DNA of 64,000 bases from Candidatus Marinacidobacterales bacterium. Lineage in GTDB: Bacteria; Acidobacteriota; Vicinamibacteria; Marinacidobacterales; SMYC01. Made by a program: the position numbers and the translations under genes. The stretch covers positions 4,608,001 to 4,672,000 of the forward strand of contig OZ250169.1 of assembly GCA_965237955.1 (NCBI GenBank). The letters are read 5' to 3'. Of this stretch, positions 20,821-29,101 are shown in pieces (positions within the stretch are counted from its first letter, which is position 1; each line of letters opens with the position of its first letter). The notes beneath the pieces are model-generated. The model did no database searches, had not been told where the DNA came from, and saw nothing but the letters and a program-made list of their open reading frames with translations.

Positions 20821-22619
20821 CGATTCGTCGGCACCCGTCGTTGCAGCTCCGCAAGCCAGCCGGTCGCGACTTTCAAGCGCGCTTTCGATTCGCTCCCGGG
20901 AAGAATCATCAGGAACCTCTGACCGTCCGGCGCGACGTCGTAGGATGGATTGCCATAAGCGTTCGTGCGATAGACTCCCTCGAACAACACTTGTGGCTCC
21001 CTCACCTTGAGCTCGGGCTCCGTCGCGATGGAAACCCTCATCAACCGCGTCCCCTCTCGATAGAAGAGCTCCGAGCCGTCTGGCCCCCAGACTGCCTCGG
21101 CCCCGCCCTCGGTCGTGATCTGGACCGGCTCACCGGGCCCGGGAAACGGGAGCAGGTAGACCTCGTTCCGGCCGGAGCGGTTCGACACGAAGGCAATCCA
21201 TCGGCCGTCCGGCGAGAACATGGGGGCCAGCTCGTTGAAGGGAGTCACCACGAGAGGTCTCGGGTGACGCTCACCCTCCATGGGAAGGATCCAGATATCC
21301 CGTTGCGTGGACGGATGGACTTCGTAGAACGCGAGGAACCGGCCGTCGCGCGACCACGAACCGGGCACCTGCTGGTTCTCTCGAGACAGCAGATGCTCGG
21401 TAACGCCTCCCTCAACCGCTCTCGAATAGAGACCCAGGCTTCCTTCCCGCTCCGAGTTGAACGTCACCCGCTTCCCGTCCGGCGTCCACGCCGGGAAGAG
21501 GTTCTCGCCCTCGTACGTGGGAATCAACCGGCGACGTTTCTCCCCCTCGTAGATCCAGATGTCGCGGCGGCCGCTCTCCTCGACGATGCGCACCGCGATC
21601 CGTCCGTCCGGGGAAACGCGTGGATACCAGAAGTCCTGACGGAGATCGGACACCGGCGCCGACTTCCCGCGCCGATCGACCCAGACGAGCAGGTGGTTCG
21701 CAGCTATCCCTCGCTCGACGTAGACGAGAGCCCCATTGCGAGCAATCGCGAAGTTTGCGACTCCAGAGACCGGATGAGCCGGGACCTTCTGCGGCAACGC
21801 CGTCTCGGGGCCGATCACGCGAAGCGCCTTGAGGTCGAACGGAACCGCAAAGAGTCCCGCGAGCTTTGCGTACACGAGGTGCCCGGTCGGTACGTAGCGG
21901 GCGTCTGTACCTCCGCGAAGAAGCCGTTTGCGCTCCCCCGTTTCGAGGGAGAGCACTGCGATGGGCGCATCCTTCGCCTCGTAGCTTCCCCATACGGTGA
22001 ACAGAACGTTCTTTCCGCCCGGCAGGATTTCGGGCCAACGGTGACTGTGCTCACCCTGATCGGATTCGGGAGTTGTCAGTACCGTGGGCGCACCTCCATC
22101 TGCGGAGACTCGATGGAGGCCCGACGCACCACTGGGAGCGAACACGATGTAGTCGTCAGCGCCCCAGGCCGCGCCCCGGCTGTCGGCAGGCGCCTGGCAA
22201 ATCGTATGGGACGACCCTCCGGCCAGTTCGATCTTTCTCAGCTCGCCGTCGGCGAAGAAACCGATCCACTTGCCATCGGGAGAGAAGAACGGATTGTGGG
22301 CTCCCTCGCTGCCGGGAATCGGACGGGCATCGAAACGATCGAGCTCTCCGACGTAGAGCCGTGTCGATCCGTGCTCGAAAGCAGCAACGACCAGCAGCGC
22401 CCCGTCCGGCGAGATGGTCAGAGGCCGGGAGTATCCCGTTTGCAGAGAGCCGACGTTCAGCTCGATCAAGGAGCCTCCTGAAGTTTGTACCGGTGACGCC
22501 AGGACATGGCCACCCAGAAGCGCTGCCCCCACGGCCATTGCCAGAGGACTCCGGCCGTTTTTTCCTCCCCGAAGGGGCTTTTCCTGTCCGCGGCGGAGCT
22601 CACGGCTCGTCAAACCCAT
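20817..22619 (-). CDS. PD40/TolB-like beta-propeller protein, resembling the C-terminal sensor part of Ser/Thr kinases without a kinase domain
   Basis: Repeated PxxSPDGxxxAF motifs (PFFSPDGKWIGF, PRVSPDG, PAWTPDG, PMFSPDGRWIAF, YDVAPDGQRFL); hydrophobic N-terminal segment. Confidence 0.8.
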   Translation of the reverse strand: MGLTSRELRRGQEKPLRGGKNGRSPLAMAVGAALLGGHVLASPVQTSGGSLIELNVGSLQTGYSRPLTISPDGALLVVAAFEHGSTRLYVGELDRFDARPIPGSEGAHNPFFSPDGKWIGFFADGELRKIELAGGSSHTICQAPADSRGAAWGADDYIVFAPSGASGLHRVSADGGAPTVLTTPESDQGEHSHRWPEILPGGKNVLFTVWGSYEAKDAPIAVLSLETGERKRLLRGGTDARYVPTGHLVYAKLAGLFAVPFDLKALRVIGPETALPQKVPAHPVSGVANFAIARNGALVYVERGIAANHLLVWVDRRGKSAPVSDLRQDFWYPRVSPDGRIAVRIVEESGRRDIWIYEGEKRRRLIPTYEGENLFPAWTPDGKRVTFNSEREGSLGLYSRAVEGGVTEHLLSRENQQVPGSWSRDGRFLAFYEVHPSTQRDIWILPMEGERHPRPLVVTPFNELAPMFSPDGRWIAFVSNRSGRNEVYLLPFPGPGEPVQITTEGGAEAVWGPDGSELFYREGTRLMRVSIATEPELKVREPQVLFEGVYRTNAYGNPSYDVAPDGQRFLMILPGSESKARLKVATGWLAELQRRVPTNR

Positions 22620-22924
22620 TGTCTACCCAGGCACTCCCAACTCCGTCGCATGGGCTCTCTCCTTCCCGGATGGAACGCCGAGTGAGCGGCAACCAGTCGC
22701 TCTCGATTTTCGGCAATCACCCCGGTGAGGTTGTAGACGATGTCGGCATCGAGCTCCGTGGTGGTGAAAACGACATAGGGCATACCTACCGTCCGTGCGT
22801 CCTCGCGCTGGTTGGGATATCGATCGGCGGGAAATGCGCAGCCCACAGATGTGGCAGCAATAATTGCTGCCAGCGCTAGAGATACGGCAGTTACCCAGCG
22901 TGCGAGCTTTCGCGTCTTCATCAT
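22610..22924 (-). pseudogene. TAXI-family TRAP solute-binding protein with a large internal deletion
   Basis: Signal peptide MMKTRKLARWVTAVSLALAAIIAA joined directly to a TAXI C-terminal-like segment FPADRYPNQREDARTVG...LDADIVYNLTGVIAENRERLVAAH; ATGA coupling to the upstream gene. Confidence 0.62.
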
Positions 22925-24051
22925 CTCGTTCTCCGAGGATCCCACCGGTAGGTCTCGAGCGTTTTCTCATCGAGCTCGATGCCGAGCCCGGGCGCCTGGG
23001 GAACGGCGAGAAACCCGTCTCGAGGGACGAGAGGCTCTCGGAGAAGCTTCCGCCGAAGAGGGTTCTCGGTGACGTTGAGCTCCTGATAGGGCGCATCGGC
23101 CTGGGTGACGAGAAAGTGGAGCGTGGCGCTGACGAGAATGTCGGTGGCCCAGCAATGAGGGATGACGTGCACGTTTCGTATCTCGGCTAGAGCGGCGATC
23201 CGCCGGATCTCCGTGATGCCGCCGACACGGGCGATATCCGGCTGGATGATCCGCAGCTTTCCTCGTTCCATGAGATCCCGGAACCCGAAGCGTGTCGTCT
23301 CCTTCTCTCCTGTGGCGATGGCGGTTGGCGAGGCGGCCACGAGTTCGGCGAACCCGTCGAGATTGTCGGGCGAGAGCGGCTCCTCCAGGAAATAAACGTC
23401 GTCTTCGGCGAGCGCGTTCCCGAGCCACAGCGCGTCTCCAAAGGAGATGGCAGCACCCATATCGACCATGAGGTCGAGCTTCGGTCCGACGCCACGGCGG
23501 AGCTCGTTTACCCAACGCGCGTCCTCGCGCACGTTTTGGCCCAGCGTCCCCCACCCGAATTTCACCCCGGTGTAGCCCTGGTCGATCAGTTCTTTGGCCC
23601 GCGGTACGACTCGAGTCTTGTCTTCGGGCGTGAGATCACTGGCATAGACCCGGACACGGTCCCGCCTCGCCCCGCCGAGAAGCTGATAGAGCGGGCGGCC
23701 GGTCACCTTCCCCAGGATGTCCCAGAGGGCGATATCGATCCCGCTCATTGCGTGGATGACGGCCCCGCGCCGACCGAACGTCGAGGTGTGCTCGTACATG
23801 AGGTCCCAGAGCTCGTTGATGCGGAGAGGGTCCTTGCCGAGGAGAAGCTGCCGAAGCCCCTGTCCGGTGAGCTGCGAGATGGGGGCATCGATGATCGCCT
23901 TCAGCACCAGTGGGGAGGTATGGGCCTCTCCGATCCCGGTGATGCCTTCGTCAGTGTGAACACGAAGGATGAGGACGTCCTGCAATCCGTCGCCGTTCGG
24001 CCGTACTTCGGCAAGCCGCAGCGGGATGGTCTCGACGTCCGTGATCTTCAT
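22921..24051 (-). CDS. Mandelate racemase/muconate lactonizing enzyme family (enolase superfamily) protein
   Basis: MKITDVET, HTDEGITGIGE, SGIDIALWDILGK, LMVD, FLEEP, IATGE, IIQPD and PGLGIELD motifs. Confidence 0.92.
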   Translation of the reverse strand: MKITDVETIPLRLAEVRPNGDGLQDVLILRVHTDEGITGIGEAHTSPLVLKAIIDAPISQLTGQGLRQLLLGKDPLRINELWDLMYEHTSTFGRRGAVIHAMSGIDIALWDILGKVTGRPLYQLLGGARRDRVRVYASDLTPEDKTRVVPRAKELIDQGYTGVKFGWGTLGQNVREDARWVNELRRGVGPKLDLMVDMGAAISFGDALWLGNALAEDDVYFLEEPLSPDNLDGFAELVAASPTAIATGEKETTRFGFRDLMERGKLRIIQPDIARVGGITEIRRIAALAEIRNVHVIPHCWATDILVSATLHFLVTQADAPYQELNVTENPLRRKLLREPLVPRDGFLAVPQAPGLGIELDEKTLETYRWDPRRTR

Positions 24052-24249
24052 CGGAAGCCGTTGAGGCGCTCGCAACGCGCGAGCTTTTGAGCTGGCAGTA
24101 TAGCGTATGTCATGGTTCTCGAGGACGAAGCCCTCATGTCGTCCCCTCCTCGTCTGCTTAGTACCCCATCAGTCGCGGCAAGAACAAGGACAATTTCCGG
24201 CACGAGCGATCACAACTGTGAGCGCCAGCATCAACGTCAGATAAGGAAA

Positions 24250-24397
24250 GAGAGCCCACGACCTCTTCGGCCGCCTCGCGGTGCGTCTTGAAGTTCACCA
24301 CCACGTCGGCTCCCTCGCGACCCAGTGCCATCGCGATGGTGCGCCCAATGCTTCGCGAACCTCCGGTGACCAGCGCTCGCCGGCCTTCGAGGCGCAT
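24250..24397 (-). pseudogene. N-terminal fragment of an SDR oxidoreductase
   Basis: [35 protein letters not shown] with AGGAGG RBS; similarity is lost after ~48 aa. Confidence 0.75.
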
Positions 24398-24529
24398 ACT
24401 CTTCCTCCTTGCGTCTTTCAATCAAGCTGACGCCAGACAATAGTGTCAAGCTCGGCCGGAGGCAAGATCGGTTCGCGGCTATCTGCAATCGACTCGTTCA
24501 CCTTTTTGAGAGAGCTACGAAAGGAGTAA

Positions 24530-24660
24530 GATGCTCACATTCCGAAGGTGGGCTCCTCTTGACGACCAAGCTCCACGGTTGCGTGTCGCTGGCGACGACC
24601 GAAGAGCAGATCGAGAACTTCCTTTCTGCTTTCGAGCGCCTCGTTCGGGGAGGGGCATGA
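24530..24660 (+). pseudogene. C-terminal remnant of a class III (GSA-like) aminotransferase
   Basis: GLLLTTKLHGCVSLATTEEQIENFLSAFERLV* resembles aminotransferase-III C-termini; ATGA overlap with the SDR start. Confidence 0.5.
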
Positions 24661-25445
24661 CGACGTCGGAGAGAAACGGAGAAGCTGTGCTGACGAACAA
24701 AGTGGCCGTGGTCACCGGCGGTGGTACCGGTATCGGCCGCTCCATTGCTCGGCTGTTTGCCGCCCGGGGCTGCTCGGTGGTCGTCGCGGGGCGCCGCCAG
24801 GAGCCGCTCGAGGAAGTGGCGGGGGAGATTTCCGGAAGCGCCTGCCGCGCCGACGTCTCCCGCGAGCAGGACGTGGCCGCCTTGTTCGAGCTCTGCCGCC
24901 ACACCTACGGCGGGCTCGATGTGCTGGTCAACAACGCCGGTGTGATCGGCCCCATCGCAGAAGCTTCGGAGATGGACATGGAGCTCTGGGATGAAGTGAT
25001 GGCCGTCAACGTACGCGGGGTTGCTCTGTGTACCAAGTACGCCATCCCGATGATGAAGGAGCGGGGCGGCGGCTCCATCGTCAACGTGTCCTCGATTTCG
25101 GGTTTGAGGGGGTATCCGAAGCGCAGCGCTTACGTGGCCACCAAGTTTGCCGTCAACGGCATCACCGAGTCCGTCGCCCATGAGGTGGGAGAGTACGGAA
25201 TACGGGTCAACGCCGTCTGCCCCGGCGCGGTGCACGGCGAGCTCATGGAACGAGTAGTTGATCGTCGGGTTAAAGTGGAGGGACGCTCGCGTGAGGAGAT
25301 CATCAAGAGCTCTTACACCGAAGTGGCCGCCCTTCGGCAGTGGGTCGAGTCCGATGAGGTCGCGAAAGCGACGCTGTTCCTCGCCAGCGATGCCGCGAGC
25401 GCCATTACCGGCGAGTTTCTCCGCATCGATGCGGGGCGGATGTAG
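24657..25445 (+). CDS. SDR family NAD(P)-dependent oxidoreductase
   Basis: TGGGTGIG, NNAG, YVATK (YxxxK) and IRVNAVCPG motifs. Confidence 0.93.
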   Translation: MTTSERNGEAVLTNKVAVVTGGGTGIGRSIARLFAARGCSVVVAGRRQEPLEEVAGEISGSACRADVSREQDVAALFELCRHTYGGLDVLVNNAGVIGPIAEASEMDMELWDEVMAVNVRGVALCTKYAIPMMKERGGGSIVNVSSISGLRGYPKRSAYVATKFAVNGITESVAHEVGEYGIRVNAVCPGAVHGELMERVVDRRVKVEGRSREEIIKSSYTEVAALRQWVESDEVAKATLFLASDAASAITGEFLRIDAGRM

Positions 25446-25449
25446 CGCC

Positions 25450-25761
25450 GTGGCTTTCTGGAAACGATCCCGACATCGCGCGACGGACCTCCGCATCGGC
25501 AAGGCAGTCGAAAGACCGTTGCCGGCGAGGGTCATCGTCGACGGCGAGCCCCTCTCCGCCTACGAGGGAGAGAGCGTGGCAGCGGCGCTTCTCGCTGCCG
25601 GCGTCCTCTACCTGCGATCGAGCCCGCGTTTGGGTCAACCAAGAGGAGTGTTTTGCGCGATGGGCGTCTGTCAGGAGTGCGTGGTGGAGGTCGACGGGCG
25701 TACCGTGCCCGCGTGCCTGACGCCGATCCGCGATGGAATGGAAATCCATCTCAGGCGCTGA
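25450..25761 (+). CDS. (2Fe-2S)-binding subunit, HcnA / opine oxidase small subunit-like
   Basis: GESVAAALLA, RGVFCAMGVCQEC and ACLTPIRDGM motifs; GTG start inferred. Confidence 0.85.
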   Translation: MAFWKRSRHRATDLRIGKAVERPLPARVIVDGEPLSAYEGESVAAALLAAGVLYLRSSPRLGQPRGVFCAMGVCQECVVEVDGRTVPACLTPIRDGMEIHLRR

Positions 25762-25764
25762 GCG

Positions 25765-27198
25765 ATGGTGGAAAGTGATCTCGTCGTTCTCGGGGCTGGT
25801 CCTGCGGGAGTAGGCGCGGCGCTCGCCGCCAGCCGTCACGGCCTCCGGGTGGCGTTGATCGACGACGCTCCCGTCGCCGGAGGTCAGATTTACAAAGCAC
25901 CACCGTCGAGCTTCACCGTCGATGATCGCCGAGCTCTCGGAGCGGAGCACCAGCGGGGAGCGCGCCTGCGCGACGAGCTTGCGGCGAGCGACGTCGAGAC
26001 GTACTTCGGTCGTACCGTATGGCTGGTGAGCCGCGGCTTCGTCCTGGAAGCGGTGGGCCCCGGCGGTTTGGAGTCCTTCCGCTCGAAGAGCTTGATCCTC
26101 GCCACCGGGACCTTCGAGCGTGTCATTCCTTTTCCCGGATGGACGCTACCCGGCGTGATCGGTCTTGGCGCCGCGACACTCCTCCTGAAGAGCCAGCAGA
26201 TGTTGCCGGGCCGCCGTACGGTCGTCGCCGGTGCCGGCCCTCTTCTTCTTGCCGTTGCTGCCGGCGTGCTCAAAGGGGGAGGGGAGCTCGTGGCTGTCGT
26301 CGATTTGAACGGCCCGGCGGATGCGCTTCGTGTGGCCCCTCGTCTCATGGGCCGGCCCGATCTCGCGTTGCAAGGCATGGGCTGGATGGCTCGGATCCGC
26401 GGCGCCGGAGTGCCGGCGCTCTCCCGCCATGCGGTCACGGAAGTGAGGGGTGAGGATCGGGTTCGTGAGGTTCGGGTTACCCCCGTCGATTCTGAGTGGA
26501 AGCCGCTCCCCGACCGAAAAACCCGTGTCTTCGAGACGGACGTTCTCGCCGTCGGTCACGGGCTCGTTCCGGCAACCGAGGTGAGCCGACTTCTCGGCGT
26601 AGACCACGAATATCGAGCCGACGAGGGAGGCTGGGTTGCCACCCACGACGAGCTCTTTCGCACGTCGCTCCCCGGGCTCTACGTGGCGGGAGACGTGGCG
26701 GGGATCGCGGGAGCGAAGGCAGCCGCGTTGAGGGGCGAGCTGGCCGGCCTCGCCGCTGCTTACGATCTCGGAAAAGTGTCTCGCGACGATTGGGCCCGGG
26801 CGACGTCGACGCCGAGACGGCGGCTCCGTCGCGCCGAGCGGTTCGGCTCGGCGATGAGCCGGCTCATGAAGCTTCGTCCCGGTCTGGTGGGAACGATCAC
26901 TGGCGACACGGTCGTGTGCCGCTGTGAAGACGTTTCCCGAGGCGAAATCGACGACGCCCTCGACAACGGTGCCGGAGACTTGAATCAGCTCAAGGCCTGG
27001 ACGCGGTGCGGGATGGGACCGTGCCAGGGACGCATGTGCGGTGAGGCGGTGGCGAGCCTGCTCGCGGCACGCGTGGGCAACCGGGACCAAGTCGGGCAAT
27101 GGACGGGGCGAGCACCGCTTCGCCCTGTCCCCATGGAGATCCTCACCGGAGAGTTTCGTTACGAGGAGATTTCCCTTCCGCCACCCGCTCCTCGTTGA
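25765..27198 (+). CDS. FAD/NAD(P)-binding oxidoreductase with C-terminal BFD-like Fe-S domain (HcnB/OoxA-like)
   Basis: GAGPAG, ATGTFERVIPFPGWTLPGV, VCRCEDV, TRCGMGPCQGRMC and RAPLRPV motifs. Confidence 0.88.
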   Translation: MVESDLVVLGAGPAGVGAALAASRHGLRVALIDDAPVAGGQIYKAPPSSFTVDDRRALGAEHQRGARLRDELAASDVETYFGRTVWLVSRGFVLEAVGPGGLESFRSKSLILATGTFERVIPFPGWTLPGVIGLGAATLLLKSQQMLPGRRTVVAGAGPLLLAVAAGVLKGGGELVAVVDLNGPADALRVAPRLMGRPDLALQGMGWMARIRGAGVPALSRHAVTEVRGEDRVREVRVTPVDSEWKPLPDRKTRVFETDVLAVGHGLVPATEVSRLLGVDHEYRADEGGWVATHDELFRTSLPGLYVAGDVAGIAGAKAAALRGELAGLAAAYDLGKVSRDDWARATSTPRRRLRRAERFGSAMSRLMKLRPGLVGTITGDTVVCRCEDVSRGEIDDALDNGAGDLNQLKAWTRCGMGPCQGRMCGEAVASLLAARVGNRDQVGQWTGRAPLRPVPMEILTGEFRYEEISLPPPAPR

Positions 27199-27207
27199 AA
27201 AGGAGAG

Positions 27208-28359
27208 ATGACGATGCTGGAACTGAAAGGTGTACTCGATGTCGTCGTCCTTGGTGGGGGCATCATGGGCTCAACCACTGCTCTCCACCTGGCGGAAGCG
27301 GGGATGCGCGTCGCGGTGCTCGACCGCCGCGGTCTGTGCTCCTTGGCTTCGGGGGTGAACGCGGGTACGCTGTCCATTCAGAACAAGCGAGTCGGTCTCA
27401 TACCCTACGCGCTCCGAAGCCTGGATCTGTGGGAAACGATGGCGGAGCGATCGGGTGTCGAGGTCGGTTACCGCCGTATCGGCGGCCTCGCCATCGCCTT
27501 CACCGAGGAAGAGGCGGAAGTCATGAGAACCCACATGGAGGAGAAACGGCAAGCGGGAGCGCCCATCGAGATCGTCGATGCGGCTCGCGCTCGCGAGCTC
27601 GAGCCGTCACTCTCTTCACACGTCGTTCTGGCGAGCTTCTGCCCTTTCGAGGGCTTCGCTAACTCCGCTCTCACCGGGCTTGCCTATCGCAAGATGCTCC
27701 TCCAGGCCCGAGTCGATGTCCGGGAGGGTTTCGAAGTCACCGCGCTGGCCCGAGACGGAGATGGTTTCTCCGTGACCGGTAACGGTGCCACCCTTCGGGC
27801 TCGGCGTCTCGTCATGGCTGGAGGAGCTTGGCTCGGAACGCTCACCCGCAATCTCGGCGCTTCTCTGCCGGTTCACCTTCGCATCAACCAGGTGGCGGTA
27901 ACCGAGCGCTTCCCTCCAACCATCACTCGGGTCCTCGTTCACGCTCTTGGTGTACTGACGCTGAAGCAGTCGACCAACGGAACGGTTTTGATCGGTGGCG
28001 GCTGGCAAGGCTCGGGCACACTCGATGAAAGCCGAACCGACATCGTCATCGAGAACTTGATCGGAAACCTCCGTCTGGCGCAGCACACGATTCCCGCCCT
28101 GGCAAAGACGCGATTGGTGCGGACCTGGCATGGTTTCGAGGGCTTCGTTCCCGACCACATGCCGCTTGCCGGTGAGTTGAACGAACTGCCGAATGCCTTC
28201 GTCGTCGGTTGTACCCGCGGTGGCTTCACCATCGGGCCGTACGTGGGAAAGCTTTTGGCCGAGCATATTCTGGGAAAAGAAACCGAGATGCCGCTGTTCG
28301 ATCCGAACCGGTTTCAGGGCACGACGGGAGCGCCACTTCGGCCTGCGGTAGAATTTTGA
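27208..28359 (+). CDS. DAO-family FAD-dependent oxidoreductase (HcnC/OoxB-like)
   Basis: VLGGGIMG, ASGVNAG, RTWHG, PDHMPLAG and GFTIGP motifs. Confidence 0.88.
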   Translation: MTMLELKGVLDVVVLGGGIMGSTTALHLAEAGMRVAVLDRRGLCSLASGVNAGTLSIQNKRVGLIPYALRSLDLWETMAERSGVEVGYRRIGGLAIAFTEEEAEVMRTHMEEKRQAGAPIEIVDAARARELEPSLSSHVVLASFCPFEGFANSALTGLAYRKMLLQARVDVREGFEVTALARDGDGFSVTGNGATLRARRLVMAGGAWLGTLTRNLGASLPVHLRINQVAVTERFPPTITRVLVHALGVLTLKQSTNGTVLIGGGWQGSGTLDESRTDIVIENLIGNLRLAQHTIPALAKTRLVRTWHGFEGFVPDHMPLAGELNELPNAFVVGCTRGGFTIGPYVGKLLAEHILGKETEMPLFDPNRFQGTTGAPLRPAVEF

Positions 28360-29101
28360 CGACGCCCGCTGCGACGACCCGCGAGTAGAAAGCGGCACTC
28401 GACGTGCCGCCCGGCCTGGTACCGTTTCTTCCCCAGCTGCTTGCGGATATCTGGGTCTTGGGCAGCTGGCCAGAGAGAATCATCGACCTGCTTCGTCCGC
28501 TTGCCCCACACTAGCGCTGTTGCTCAACGAACTGCCCACGGTGCTTTCGAGTGAACGAACGGATTTCGTTCATTCCCCGATGACCTCCGCCCACACGGGC
28601 GGTGCCATTGCTGTCAAGTTGACGCGACAGGTTGACCGGCAAGACCACTCGGTGCCGGTCGCAAAAGGTCGTCTTCCGATACGGTCGAGCTCACAGGAGT
28701 GTGGCTGATGGCTATGGTTGATAGCGCAAGGAGACTGGCTCAGGTTGGTGAGAACGAACCCCCACGCCCTTGTTCAAATCCAAGCGGCGAGAGTTGACTG
28801 CCCTCTCAGGCCGCTTCGCGCCATTCGTAACGGTGGTGGAGTCCGCCCACCCGCGGTAGCGCAACCACCTTTGCTATAGGTGACGGTCGCGGCATGATTG
28901 CTCTTGCGTTCGGGGTGTCTTTCTTGAGTCCCAAGTGGCATCGGTCTTCGTGGTAGTACAGATGTAAGAGCGCATGAGTCGAACGAGATGACTCTCGCCG
29001 AGGACCGCTGCCTCGGCTCGGACGAAACGCGTCGCTGGCGTGAGACGTAAGCCATCGCGGCCGAAGCGAGCGCGGGCCGGGTTTGTTAGCCGCTTCACTT
29101 C

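Noticed and set aside
25450-28359. Naming the trio hcnABC
   Set aside because: The architecture is shared with opine and hydroxyproline dehydrogenases, so the specific function cannot be determined from motifs
28380-28620. Protein-like minus-strand fragment WGKRTKQVDDSLWPAAQDPDIRKQLGKKRY
   Set aside because: Short, bounded by stops and not assignable to any family I recognise
28736-28784. tRNA-like bits (tggctcaggttggtgaga ... gttcaaatcc)
   Set aside because: The spacing leaves no room for an anticodon arm and there is no acceptor stem or CCA; likely chance
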